Assembly (NCBI GenBank): GCA_009920765.1
Contig: RFZJ01000005.1
Span: 25,673-89,672 of the forward strand
Direction of reading: 5' to 3'
DNA length: 64,000 nucleotides
Origin: Planctomycetota bacterium
GTDB lineage: Bacteria; Planctomycetota; Planctomycetia; Gemmatales; Gemmataceae
A model generated the notes under the pieces. It saw only the letters and a program-made list of their open reading frames with translations. It was not told where the DNA came from and searched no databases. Made by a program: the position numbers and the translations under genes. Positions 27,288-35,839 of this stretch are shown piece after piece. How positions within the stretch are numbered: the stretch's first letter is position 1; each line of letters opens with the position of its first letter.

Positions 27288-28533
27288 GCTTAGCTTCTTT
27301 CAGCAAATGAAGCCTGAGAATATTAAGAGCCATTTTAGCAGTACGGCTTTGAACTTCGTTGCGAGTTCCGAACCATTGGTTGGTTTCAGATTGCGAGCCA
27401 CCTTTCCAGGCAAGAGCAACAAACACCTTGCCTTCAGGAAGATCCGGGCTCAAGCCTCCCGGGCCAGCTACACCTGTGGTCGCAAGAGCGAAATCCGCAC
27501 CGGTTCTTTGCCTGCAACCTTCCGCCATGGCGAGAGTAACTTCTTTGCTGCAAGCGCCAAATTGGTCTAGCAATTTTGCGGGAACACCGAGTGCACTCAT
27601 TTTTACCTCGTTGGAGTAGGTAACGAAGCCCCCCAGATACCTTGCAGAGGCTCCGGGCACCTTGGTGAATTTGGATGCCAGCACCCCCCCGGTGATGCTT
27701 TCTGCGGTGGCAATTGTTTTACCTGCCTTTTGCAACATTTGGTGCACCACATCTTGAAGCTCTTCCTCTTCAACGCCAAACACCAGTTCACCCAATCTTT
27801 CCCGAATGATCTCTTCTGCAGGTGCTATTTTCTTGAAAGCTTCAGCTTCGTTAGCTGCGCTTGCAAGGATGCGCAACGAAATAACTGCATCGGAAGCAGT
27901 GATGCCCACTTCGGGGTCGTTGCCTCGTTTGGTGATATCGAAAAGTTTTTCTTCGATTGCGGATTCGCCCAAGCCGAAGGTGTTGATCTTGCGCTGGATC
28001 AAAACTCCTTGTGCCAGGCCGAGTTCAATAAGCCTTGTTTTAAGCCAGGCTTCGAACATGGATTTCATTTCTCGGGGAACCCCGGGAAGGGCTGCGATAT
28101 AGGATTGTTTAGCCTTCATCCAAATGCCGGGGGCGGTGCCTGTTGAATTGGGAATGGGTTCCGCGCCCTTGGGGAAGAATGCCTGCACTTTGTTGCGATC
28201 TGGGCAGACCCTGTTTCGCTTGGTGAACATTTCAACAATGGTATCCCATGAGGGTTGATGAAATGTGAGAGGCTGGCTGATAAGTTTTGCAAGGACTTCA
28301 CGGGTCAAGTCGTCTTGTGTTGGGCCTAAACCACCCGAGGCAATAACAAGTCCGGCTCTTTGGGATGCAATATCGAATGCTTGAAGGTTTGCATCGAAAT
28401 CGTCGGCAATGGTGGTATGCCAGCCTACGGGAATTCCCATTGCAGCAAGCTGAATGCTCAGCCACTGGGAATTGGTATCAAGGTTCTTGCCACTGGTTAA
28501 CTCGCTGCCAATGGAGATGATCTCCGCTTTCAT
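27280..28533 (-). CDS. cinA: CinA-family competence/damage-inducible protein (MoCF-binding domain plus nicotinamide-nucleotide amidohydrolase PncC domain)
   Basis: MKAEIISIGSELTSGKNLDTNSQWLS... is a typical CinA N-terminus. The C-terminal TAESITGGVLAS motif belongs to the PncC domain. Confidence 0.92.
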   Translation of the reverse strand: MKAEIISIGSELTSGKNLDTNSQWLSIQLAAMGIPVGWHTTIADDFDANLQAFDIASQRAGLVIASGGLGPTQDDLTREVLAKLISQPLTFHQPSWDTIVEMFTKRNRVCPDRNKVQAFFPKGAEPIPNSTGTAPGIWMKAKQSYIAALPGVPREMKSMFEAWLKTRLIELGLAQGVLIQRKINTFGLGESAIEEKLFDITKRGNDPEVGITASDAVISLRILASAANEAEAFKKIAPAEEIIRERLGELVFGVEEEELQDVVHQMLQKAGKTIATAESITGGVLASKFTKVPGASARYLGGFVTYSNEVKMSALGVPAKLLDQFGACSKEVTLAMAEGCRQRTGADFALATTGVAGPGGLSPDLPEGKVFVALAWKGGSQSETNQWFGTRNEVQSRTAKMALNILRLHLLKEAKHG

Positions 28534-29888
28534 GACTGGCTTGCCCCTGTAGAGGGTTCATCGAAGGAAACTTCAGAATGTTCAGGTAATTGAAGGGCGA
28601 AAATAACTGCGGGAATAAATAGCATGCCTGATAATACGAGCGACATGTTGTAATCAATGGAGGTGGCCATGCCAAATACAATGGTGCCAAAAGCTGCGGA
28701 AATACGGCCGATGTTATAGCAGAAACCCGCACCTGTGGTTCGTAGCAATGTAGGATAAAGCGGTGGAAGGTACATGGTAAACAATCCAAAAACCCCTTGC
28801 GTCAGACCCATGATCGGAAGGCACCAAAGCACAACCCAAGCTGGCCTTTCGATTCCATAGGTGAAAATCAAGCCGAGGGTGTAAGCCAGACACATTGCAG
28901 CGATGGTCTTGCGATATCCGAACATGGTCGCAAGCCAGGCGGCAAGAAAGTTCCCTGCAACTGCGGTTGCGTTCATGATAAGAAAAGCAAAGGCAATGGC
29001 GCGCTTGCGAGCTGCTTCACCTTCAACCGGGTTATCCTCTATGAGTTTTTGAAACTCAGGCAGCTTGCCATATTGCTGCGGGGCCCAGAACTGAAATGCC
29101 CAATGGCCTGTCAGCGAGAAGCCACAAACAAGAATGGTAAGTACTGTGGTGCGAAGAATTTTACCTTTGAACAGGTCGGTGATTCCCGGAGTAACAGTAT
29201 TTTTCTTGGCTTCATGCCATTCCTCGGGTTCGGGTACATGCTTTCTTATCCAGAAGGTGATGAGTGCGGGAAGCAGCCCTACCAAGAATAGCGCCCGATC
29301 ATTAAAGTTGGTGATATCAAGGCCAAGGATATTTACGCTTTCAGGAAGAATAGTGCGGCCAAGTCCAAACATGGTTGCAACGACGACGCCAAAATTAACA
29401 CCACTCTGCAACACTGCAGCCATCCAGGGGCGCCACTTTGCAGGCCATGTTTCTGAAAGCATCGAGGCGCCAACTGCCCACTCACCACCAATACCCAATG
29501 CAGCAAGGAAACGGAAAATCATCAAGTGCCACCAGGTGGTTGCAAAACAGGAAAGCCCGGTGAACAATGCGTAGGTAAGAATGGTGAATATGAGTGCGCG
29601 GGAACGCCCCATCACATCGCCAATCCTTCCAAAGAATCCACCCCCGACTGCCCAGCCAAATAGGAAGGCCGCCTGAATGTAGCCCATGTGCTCGCGTACT
29701 GATGGGTCTGATTGCTCGGTGTGAAGCAATGCTGCAACAAAGCTTGCTGCCACCAAGGTATAAAGATGCATGTCGAGGCCATCGAACATCCAGCCTAACC
29801 AGGCTGCAGCCCCTGATTTAATTTGTTGTGGGGATAAATCCCTTAGCCGGGTGTTATCTGTTGGCAAATGATTATTGAATGAGCCCAC
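28530..29888 (-). CDS. MFS transporter
   Basis: 452 aa with about 12 TM helices. MFS loop 2-3 motif GRIGDVMGRSR. ATGA overlap with cinA. Confidence 0.88.
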   Translation of the reverse strand: MGSFNNHLPTDNTRLRDLSPQQIKSGAAAWLGWMFDGLDMHLYTLVAASFVAALLHTEQSDPSVREHMGYIQAAFLFGWAVGGGFFGRIGDVMGRSRALIFTILTYALFTGLSCFATTWWHLMIFRFLAALGIGGEWAVGASMLSETWPAKWRPWMAAVLQSGVNFGVVVATMFGLGRTILPESVNILGLDITNFNDRALFLVGLLPALITFWIRKHVPEPEEWHEAKKNTVTPGITDLFKGKILRTTVLTILVCGFSLTGHWAFQFWAPQQYGKLPEFQKLIEDNPVEGEAARKRAIAFAFLIMNATAVAGNFLAAWLATMFGYRKTIAAMCLAYTLGLIFTYGIERPAWVVLWCLPIMGLTQGVFGLFTMYLPPLYPTLLRTTGAGFCYNIGRISAAFGTIVFGMATSIDYNMSLVLSGMLFIPAVIFALQLPEHSEVSFDEPSTGASQS

Positions 29889-30099
29889 TCTATCCCCACA
29901 GTACGGTAAATTGAACCAATGATATTTAAACCAATATCGTAACGGAACTCACAGCAATGGCACGAAGATTTTTTACCTTCCTCAAAAAACGCCCAAAGTA
30001 TCTGGGACGGTTATAAAATTCCTTGGAACTACTCCTTTTATCAGAGTACGATGCATTTGGTTTGATCCCTCCTAATCTTTCCTTCTAAATGGTGTTGAA

Positions 30100-31203
30100 A
30101 TGGCGAAAAATTACAAGGTGGCAGTCATCGGAAGAACTGGCAAAGGCGCTTATGGCCATGGCTTGGATGTTGTTTGGAAAACAATCGATAACATCGAAAT
30201 TGTTGCAGTTGCGGATGAAAATGAAGCGGGCAGAAAATCTGCCCAAACCCGACTGGGCGCCAAGAATGCCTACGCAGACTACAAGCAGATGCTCGAAAAA
30301 GAAAAACCTCAGATCGTAAGCGTTGCTGATCGCTTTTTAGATCAACATCGCGATATGGTAATTGCCTGTGCCGAAAACGGCGCCAGTATCTTCCTCGAAA
30401 AACCCATGGCAACAACCCTCCAAGAAGCAGATGAAATGATTACCGCCTGTGAAAGGCATCATGTGAAACTTGCAATCGCCCATCAAACCCGCTACAGCCC
30501 TAGAATGCTGCAAATCAAAAAAATGATTGATGATGGAGTTCTTGGCGATATTTTAGAAATGCATGGTAGAGGCAAAGAGGATACCCGAGGCGGCGGCACC
30601 GACCTTATGGTGCTTGGTACCCATATCTTTGACCTTATGCGCTATTTCTCGGGGAACCCCATTTCCTGTTACTCGAAGATCCGTTTCGAAAATAAACCTG
30701 CTACCAAGGAAAACATTAAAGATGGTGGCGAAGGCATGGGCCCCGTGCTTGGCGATAACATCAACGCAAGTTATGCTTTTGAAAATGGTACCTTTGCTAC
30801 TTTCGGATCTCACAAAGCAAAGTTTGGTTCAGGTAGCAGATTCGGTTTGCACATCTATGGTTCCAAAGGTGTGGTTCATGTTGCGACCGGCGGGCTTGGC
30901 TCTGCCTGGTTCCTTGATAACCCTTCCTGGTCGCCTATCAAGGGGAAGGTACAATGGCAGGAAATTACAAGTGAAGGAGTGGGAAAAGTTGAACCCATCA
31001 AGGATGGTGGCTTGGGGATGGGCAATACCTGGATCGTTAAAGATCTCATTGAAGCAATTGAAAAAGATCGCCAACCACTTGGCAGTGCCTATGATGGCAG
31101 GGGTGCATTGGAAATGATCATGGCGGTGTATGAATCATTCCGAGTGGGTGGTGTAGTATCGTTGCCTTTGAAAAACCGCAAGCATCCACTCACGATGGTT
31201 TAA
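30100..31203 (+). CDS. Gfo/Idh/MocA family NAD(P)-dependent oxidoreductase
   Basis: N-terminal Rossmann KVAVIGRTGKGAYGH, EKPMA motif (IFLEKPMATT), and a C-terminal alpha/beta domain. Confidence 0.88.
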   Translation: MAKNYKVAVIGRTGKGAYGHGLDVVWKTIDNIEIVAVADENEAGRKSAQTRLGAKNAYADYKQMLEKEKPQIVSVADRFLDQHRDMVIACAENGASIFLEKPMATTLQEADEMITACERHHVKLAIAHQTRYSPRMLQIKKMIDDGVLGDILEMHGRGKEDTRGGGTDLMVLGTHIFDLMRYFSGNPISCYSKIRFENKPATKENIKDGGEGMGPVLGDNINASYAFENGTFATFGSHKAKFGSGSRFGLHIYGSKGVVHVATGGLGSAWFLDNPSWSPIKGKVQWQEITSEGVGKVEPIKDGGLGMGNTWIVKDLIEAIEKDRQPLGSAYDGRGALEMIMAVYESFRVGGVVSLPLKNRKHPLTMV

Positions 31204-31213
31204 AGTAAAAGAA

Positions 31214-31281
31214 AACCCACCCACTTCAAAGAGGTGGATGGGTTAGGCTGTCTTCAAAGCCCATGGACTTTATTCCATGGG
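31214..31281. repeat. Hairpins 1 and 2 of a four-hairpin array (type A aacccacccac/gtggatgggtt; type B cccatgga/tccatggg)
   Basis: Stem A spans 31214-31244, about 14 pairs with one mismatch and one G-U. Stem B spans 31260-31281, a perfect 8 bp with loop ctttat. Confidence 0.7.
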
Positions 31282-31309
31282 TAGATTGTTATTGCATGAT
31301 GAGAGGTAA

Positions 31310-31344
31310 GCATACCCACCCAGCGCGGTGGGTATGCTTTGGTT
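31310..31344 (+). terminator. Rho-independent terminator candidate (hairpin 3, type A-like)
   Basis: Perfect 11-bp stem gcatacccacc / ggtgggtatgc with loop cagcgc, followed by tttggtt. It lies 107 nt after the oxidoreductase stop. Confidence 0.65.
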
Positions 31345-31397
31345 CATTGATAAGAGGATTGGGAGTTGGGAGAAGAAAAGGAGAGTAAAAGTAAAAG

Positions 31398-31430
31398 CCC
31401 ATGGACTGCGTTCCATGGGTCTTTTGTTTT
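31398..31430. terminator. Bidirectional terminator candidate (hairpin 4, second copy of type B)
   Basis: Stem cccatgga / tccatggg with loop ctgcgt. Followed by tcttttgtttt and preceded by gtaaaagtaaaag. It lies 40 nt past the stop of the minus-strand esterase gene. Confidence 0.65.
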
Positions 31431-31469
31431 GAATGAATTTAGGAAGCTTTGCCTTACCCTAAAAGGTGT

Positions 31470-32597
31470 TTAGTTTTTATTTCTTAGAAGTTCGACCATT
31501 GCTATTCCCATGGCTTCGCCTACATCCATGTAGACTTCTGCCTTGCCACCGTAATGGCCGTTGCCGCTGCCGCCTTGTGCCATCGGATGTGTATAGATGG
31601 TAGCGACGTTTCCTTTGAATTCAGGATACTTGCCGGATGTCCCATCAACAGCAAGTTGGGCTTCGAGAACTTGAGCGCCTAGTCCGGTGCCACCTTTTAC
31701 AGATTCCCCCATGGTGGCAAGCACAAACTTGGCCCCCGGGGCATTGAATTCCTTGCGTAACTGCTTGATGAAGTGCACAAGGTTTTTCTCGTAGCGTGCA
31801 GCATGTCCGGCATTACCTGCATCTCTCTCTCCCTGCCAGAAAAAGAATCCTGCGATCTCATAGTTCTTGGCCCCCGGGTAGTGTTTTTCGAGATTAGAAA
31901 GAGCTTTTTTTGCGTCTCCGATATCAGTGTCCCACTGTTTACCAGCGTACCAATCAATGGGTTTACCAGCCTTGTCCACCCATGGTGCGGGTTCGGTTTT
32001 GATACCTTTGGCAGGGTCCATTTCCCAATACTCGGGTTTGTCTTTGTAGCCTGCATAGACCAATTTCTTTTCAACACCTGTCTTGTCCTTGGCGGAAAAC
32101 TCGAAGCGTTCACTTCCCGGAGGCAATAGATCCCAACCCAGTGCACGGTTACCAATGCAACATTTGAGAATCATTACGGGTGCCTCAATTGAATTTCCTA
32201 TAGGATGGCCGATTCCTAATTCAGGCCCGAGCGTGTTGCCACTAACGGTCATCCAATCGTTGTTTAAAGGGCCCTTGCCAGACATGTACCGCACAAAACG
32301 GACATCTTTACGCTCTGCCCATTTGCCATCATCCTGAAGAAGATAAGGATATTTCTTTTTTTCTTTCACCGCGAACTCGAGCGAGCCATCACCGCCTTTA
32401 ACTTTCCCTAGGCCAACCATGTTGGATTGACCAAGTAGGATGAAGACCTGGACAGGCTTGGTAATGTCTGCTGGTTTTCCATCGGGCTTGGGCAGTTGTG
32501 GTTTGGATAGGGCATCGGGTTTTTCTGCAGTAAACGCAGGAATAACGCATAAAAAGCTAGATCCAAGCAAGAATAGGGCTGTAAGGGAGGATTTCAT
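31470..32597 (-). CDS. Secreted sialate O-acetylesterase-family (SASA / SGNH-like) carbohydrate esterase
   Basis: Signal peptide MKSSLTALFLLGSSFLCVIPAFTA, then the diagnostic FILLGQSNMVGLG block. FFWQGERD block. I take the internal ATG at 32597 because the ORF-track N-terminal extension overlaps the upstream gene. Confidence 0.8.
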   Translation of the reverse strand: MKSSLTALFLLGSSFLCVIPAFTAEKPDALSKPQLPKPDGKPADITKPVQVFILLGQSNMVGLGKVKGGDGSLEFAVKEKKKYPYLLQDDGKWAERKDVRFVRYMSGKGPLNNDWMTVSGNTLGPELGIGHPIGNSIEAPVMILKCCIGNRALGWDLLPPGSERFEFSAKDKTGVEKKLVYAGYKDKPEYWEMDPAKGIKTEPAPWVDKAGKPIDWYAGKQWDTDIGDAKKALSNLEKHYPGAKNYEIAGFFFWQGERDAGNAGHAARYEKNLVHFIKQLRKEFNAPGAKFVLATMGESVKGGTGLGAQVLEAQLAVDGTSGKYPEFKGNVATIYTHPMAQGGSGNGHYGGKAEVYMDVGEAMGIAMVELLRNKN

Positions 32598-32617
32598 AAT
32601 AGGGTACTCTAAATTGA

Positions 32618-33835
32618 TCACTTTGAACCAATGCAGTATAGGTTTGAATCCGAGCGCACGAAAATCTTCCCGCCCGAAACCGCAGGAGTACATTGGATTG
32701 TATCTTTAATTTCGTTGGTAGCTACGAGCTCGATTTTTTCACCCAGGCTGACAACAAAAGCAGAGCCTTCTTCATTGATTAGATAAAGATGATTGCCTGC
32801 AATGATGGGTGACCCTGAGAAAGGGCCCTTCATGCGAACCTGAGCAACTTCCTTGCCGTCCTTGGCTTCAAATACATTCAGGCCGATGCTCGACAAGCCA
32901 TAGACTTTGCCTTTGTGAACCAAAGGGGAAGCATAGCCACCTACCAGCTTGTTGGACTTCCATTGTGGAACGGGAACTTTGTTGCCTGAAGATGGGGAGA
33001 GCACAAGGGTTTCTTTTCCGGGTGCAAGAAGGAGGCCTTCGCCCAAGGTAGGGGAGGGAATGGTGGAAGGGCCGGAGCTTGCGAGAGACCAGTTTTCCTT
33101 GCCTGTAAGTGCATCGACGCTAAGAACGGAGCCATCGGTTTGCAAAATGACCTCTGCGGTGCCATTGGCATTGGGTATAACAAGAGGGCTGCTCCAGTTG
33201 ATGGTTCTTGGGCGGTTGAACTTCCAGAGGTTTTTGCCTGTGTTGGCATCAATGCCAAGTACAAAGGAATCACCAGCGTTATCCATGGGGATGATGAGGA
33301 CATCTTTCCAAAGAACGGGGGAGGAAGCCATGCCTACCATGTTGGTGATATCGGGGTAGTCAAGTGCGAGTGAGCGGTACCAGAGAAGATTTCCGTCGCG
33401 GTCGAGTGCAGCAACATCGGCGCAGGCAAAGAGAGCAAAGATGCGCTGGCCATCGGTTGCAGGGGTAGGGGCAGCCATGTTGGTTTTGGGATGGCAGTTG
33501 GTGTTGCCTGTTGCATTGAATTGTCGTTCCCAAAGCTTGGAGCCTTTATTGGGATCGAAAGCCATCACATGCAGGCGTGATTCTTTGTAATTGGAACTGG
33601 AAGTGAGAAAAAGCCTGCCTCCTGCGATGACGGGGCTGGACAACCCACGCCCTTGAAGGGGTGTTTTCCAGAGAATGCCTTCGGTGGGGGACCATTTTAA
33701 GGGCAGGTTTTGTTCTTCGGAAACGGCAGAGCCGCCTGGTCCACGGAACTGGGGCCAATCAGCAGCATGAAGAATACTGGTTAGAACAAAGGCACCTAAA
33801 AAAACTCGGACGATAGTTAAATGGAGGGTGTTCAT
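32618..33835 (-). CDS. Secreted PQQ-like (BamB-like) beta-propeller repeat protein
   Basis: Signal peptide followed by ADWPQFRGPGGSAVS. Repeated WK/W-x-x motifs with A-x-D-x-x-G/TG-K-x-x-W spacing (ALDRDGNLLW, ANTGKNLW, ALTGKENW, AKDGKEV). Confidence 0.85.
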   Translation of the reverse strand: MNTLHLTIVRVFLGAFVLTSILHAADWPQFRGPGGSAVSEEQNLPLKWSPTEGILWKTPLQGRGLSSPVIAGGRLFLTSSSNYKESRLHVMAFDPNKGSKLWERQFNATGNTNCHPKTNMAAPTPATDGQRIFALFACADVAALDRDGNLLWYRSLALDYPDITNMVGMASSPVLWKDVLIIPMDNAGDSFVLGIDANTGKNLWKFNRPRTINWSSPLVIPNANGTAEVILQTDGSVLSVDALTGKENWSLASSGPSTIPSPTLGEGLLLAPGKETLVLSPSSGNKVPVPQWKSNKLVGGYASPLVHKGKVYGLSSIGLNVFEAKDGKEVAQVRMKGPFSGSPIIAGNHLYLINEEGSAFVVSLGEKIELVATNEIKDTIQCTPAVSGGKIFVRSDSNLYCIGSK

Positions 33836-34992
33836 TACTTAGCGCTCCCTTCTTGTTTGGCGATGGTGTAAGGAATCTTGACGCCTGCGAAATCGGTAAG
33901 TCTAAGTTGGAACTCCCATTTTTGGGCCCAACTCTCGGTTTGATTATTCTGGCAGATTTTAAGAAGAATATCATTCACACCTTTTTTAAGGTGGATGGGT
34001 GCAGAGTGTTGATCCATGGACATGCCATGGTGATACTCATCGCGTGCAAAGATTTGTTTGCCATCATGGAAAATCTTGAGTGATGTGATGCAGCCTGCCC
34101 GAACATAAACGGTGCCCTCAGCGGGGCTGTTAATGCGGGTGAAGGCATAGGCGGTGGCTTCCTTCTTCTTACCCAGAACTTTATTAAGGTCGATGATGCC
34201 ATACGAATCTTCCGTGGTGAAATCGATCCATTTGATCGCGCCTTCCTTGCCTTCGTAAGAAGCATCAAGCTTGACATCTTTTTCAGGTGGGTAGGGCAGG
34301 TCGAAGCCTTTGTTCTTGGTGTTGTCAAAGGGGCCAACCAGATACCAGGTACGAACAAAGCCGAAATGTGCGGGAAGATCGACCGTCTCGCCAAGGCCTT
34401 TTAGCTCTTTGGCAAGTGTATCGACCTGGTCTTTATCCGAAGCATTCATAAAAGCTTTGCGGAAGGTGGCTTTTGCCTCGGAGTCTTTTTTGCCTTTCTT
34501 CTGGGTCGAACCTTCCTCGATCAGAAGGGCGATTGCTTCACGCCTTAGCTCTGCTGCGGGGTCATTAATAAAAGATTGGATCAAGCTCTGGGCTTTATCT
34601 TTGTCTGCAGATTGGAGGATTTCAAATGCGAGCTTGCGACCCAACGCTGGCTTTGAATTATCTTTTACCAAAGTGGTGATTTTTTCTAGGGGTAACGCCT
34701 TGGAGTCGCGGTTGGCCTTTTCGACGATCGCATTGATTGCAGAACGAAGCCAGTTGGAAAGCACAGGTTGTCTTGCATCCATGGCTGCAAGAACTTCGGG
34801 CAGAGTATCGGGTGGAAGGTTGGCAATCTGCTTCCAGGCCTTTTGGGCTTCAAGATTGCCCAAGCCACTTTTTCCTACCTTGCGAATTGGTTCAAGAATT
34901 TTAGAAACATTCTCGGAAGATTCTTGCACCCATGCCAGGGCGTTGGTGCCAAGGCAAACAGCCAAAGCGAGAAGAAGCGCAGTGATTCTCAT
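33835..34992 (-). CDS. Secreted protein with an alpha-helical (HEAT-like) N-terminal half and a beta-sandwich C-terminal half; function unknown
   Basis: Signal peptide MRITALLLALAVCLG. Helical repeats to about aa 200. The C-terminal W-x-L-x-GPF...IDL...L-K-x-G-x-N-x-L-L-x-K pattern resembles a jelly-roll. Stop/start overlap (TAATG) with the propeller gene. Confidence 0.7.
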   Translation of the reverse strand: MRITALLLALAVCLGTNALAWVQESSENVSKILEPIRKVGKSGLGNLEAQKAWKQIANLPPDTLPEVLAAMDARQPVLSNWLRSAINAIVEKANRDSKALPLEKITTLVKDNSKPALGRKLAFEILQSADKDKAQSLIQSFINDPAAELRREAIALLIEEGSTQKKGKKDSEAKATFRKAFMNASDKDQVDTLAKELKGLGETVDLPAHFGFVRTWYLVGPFDNTKNKGFDLPYPPEKDVKLDASYEGKEGAIKWIDFTTEDSYGIIDLNKVLGKKKEATAYAFTRINSPAEGTVYVRAGCITSLKIFHDGKQIFARDEYHHGMSMDQHSAPIHLKKGVNDILLKICQNNQTESWAQKWEFQLRLTDFAGVKIPYTIAKQEGSAK

Positions 34993-35024
34993 GACAGCCT
35001 CTAATAAATGATGACAAACCAAGC

Positions 35025-35822
35025 TTAGCCGATGCCAAGCACATCATTCATAGAATAACTGCCCGCAGGCTTGTCCGCCAGAAATTTAGCTGCAAGAAGT
35101 GCACCACGGGCATAACTATCACGGGTATGGCCCTTATGCACGAGTTCCATGGTTTCGCCCAAGGTGCTGAATATAACGGTATGTTCGCCTACATTATCGC
35201 CCACACGAACCGCATGAATGCCTATTTCTGAGGGCTTTCTTTCACCCACAAGCCCTTCTCGGCCATGCAAGAATTCGGTCTGTCCCTGAACTTTCTGCAC
35301 GATGTTTGCAAACTGCAGGGCGGTACCACTCGGAGAATCTTTTTTGAATCGGTGATGTCTTTCGATGATCTCGACGTCGAATCCTTTATCAACCAGCAAA
35401 GTGGATGCAACCTTGACCAGTTCGAAGAGGACATTAACAACCAGGCTCATGTTGGGTGCAAATAGGATTGCAATTTCATGGGCTGCAGATTCGAGAGCTT
35501 TCTTCTCGGCAGCGGTATGCCCGGTAGTTGCGATCACCAGGGGGATTTTTCTTTGCAGGCATATGGGCAATACATTCATGGTGCCTTCAGGGGTCGAAAA
35601 ATCGATGATGGCATTAATAACCTGATCAATCGGGATTTGGGAGCGCAGAGGCACGCCCAGATGTCCGATGCCTGCGATTTCACCTGCATCTTTACCCATC
35701 ATGGGGTGGCCATGGTATTCGAGGGCGCAGGCAATCTTCAAGGCTGGGTCTTCCTTGCCCAATGCAACCAATCTTTGCCCCATCCTTCCACCTGCACCGT
35801 TAATCCCGATTGCAATCTTCAT
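35025..35822 (-). CDS. dapB: 4-hydroxy-tetrahydrodipicolinate reductase
   Basis: MKIAIGINGAGGRMG Rossmann N-terminus. The EIIERHHRFKKDSPSGTA block is the DapB signature (E-x-H-H-x-x-K-x-D-x-PSGTA). Confidence 0.93.
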   Translation of the reverse strand: MKIAIGINGAGGRMGQRLVALGKEDPALKIACALEYHGHPMMGKDAGEIAGIGHLGVPLRSQIPIDQVINAIIDFSTPEGTMNVLPICLQRKIPLVIATTGHTAAEKKALESAAHEIAILFAPNMSLVVNVLFELVKVASTLLVDKGFDVEIIERHHRFKKDSPSGTALQFANIVQKVQGQTEFLHGREGLVGERKPSEIGIHAVRVGDNVGEHTVIFSTLGETMELVHKGHTRDSYARGALLAAKFLADKPAGSYSMNDVLGIG

Positions 35823-35839
35823 GAAATGTTTCCTTATGC

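Noticed and set aside
34310-35011. A 233-aa plus-strand ORF antisense to the HEAT/jelly-roll secreted protein.
   Set aside because: Its Ser/Ala/Arg-rich composition is typical of an antisense frame. The minus-strand frame has a signal peptide and is coupled to the downstream gene.
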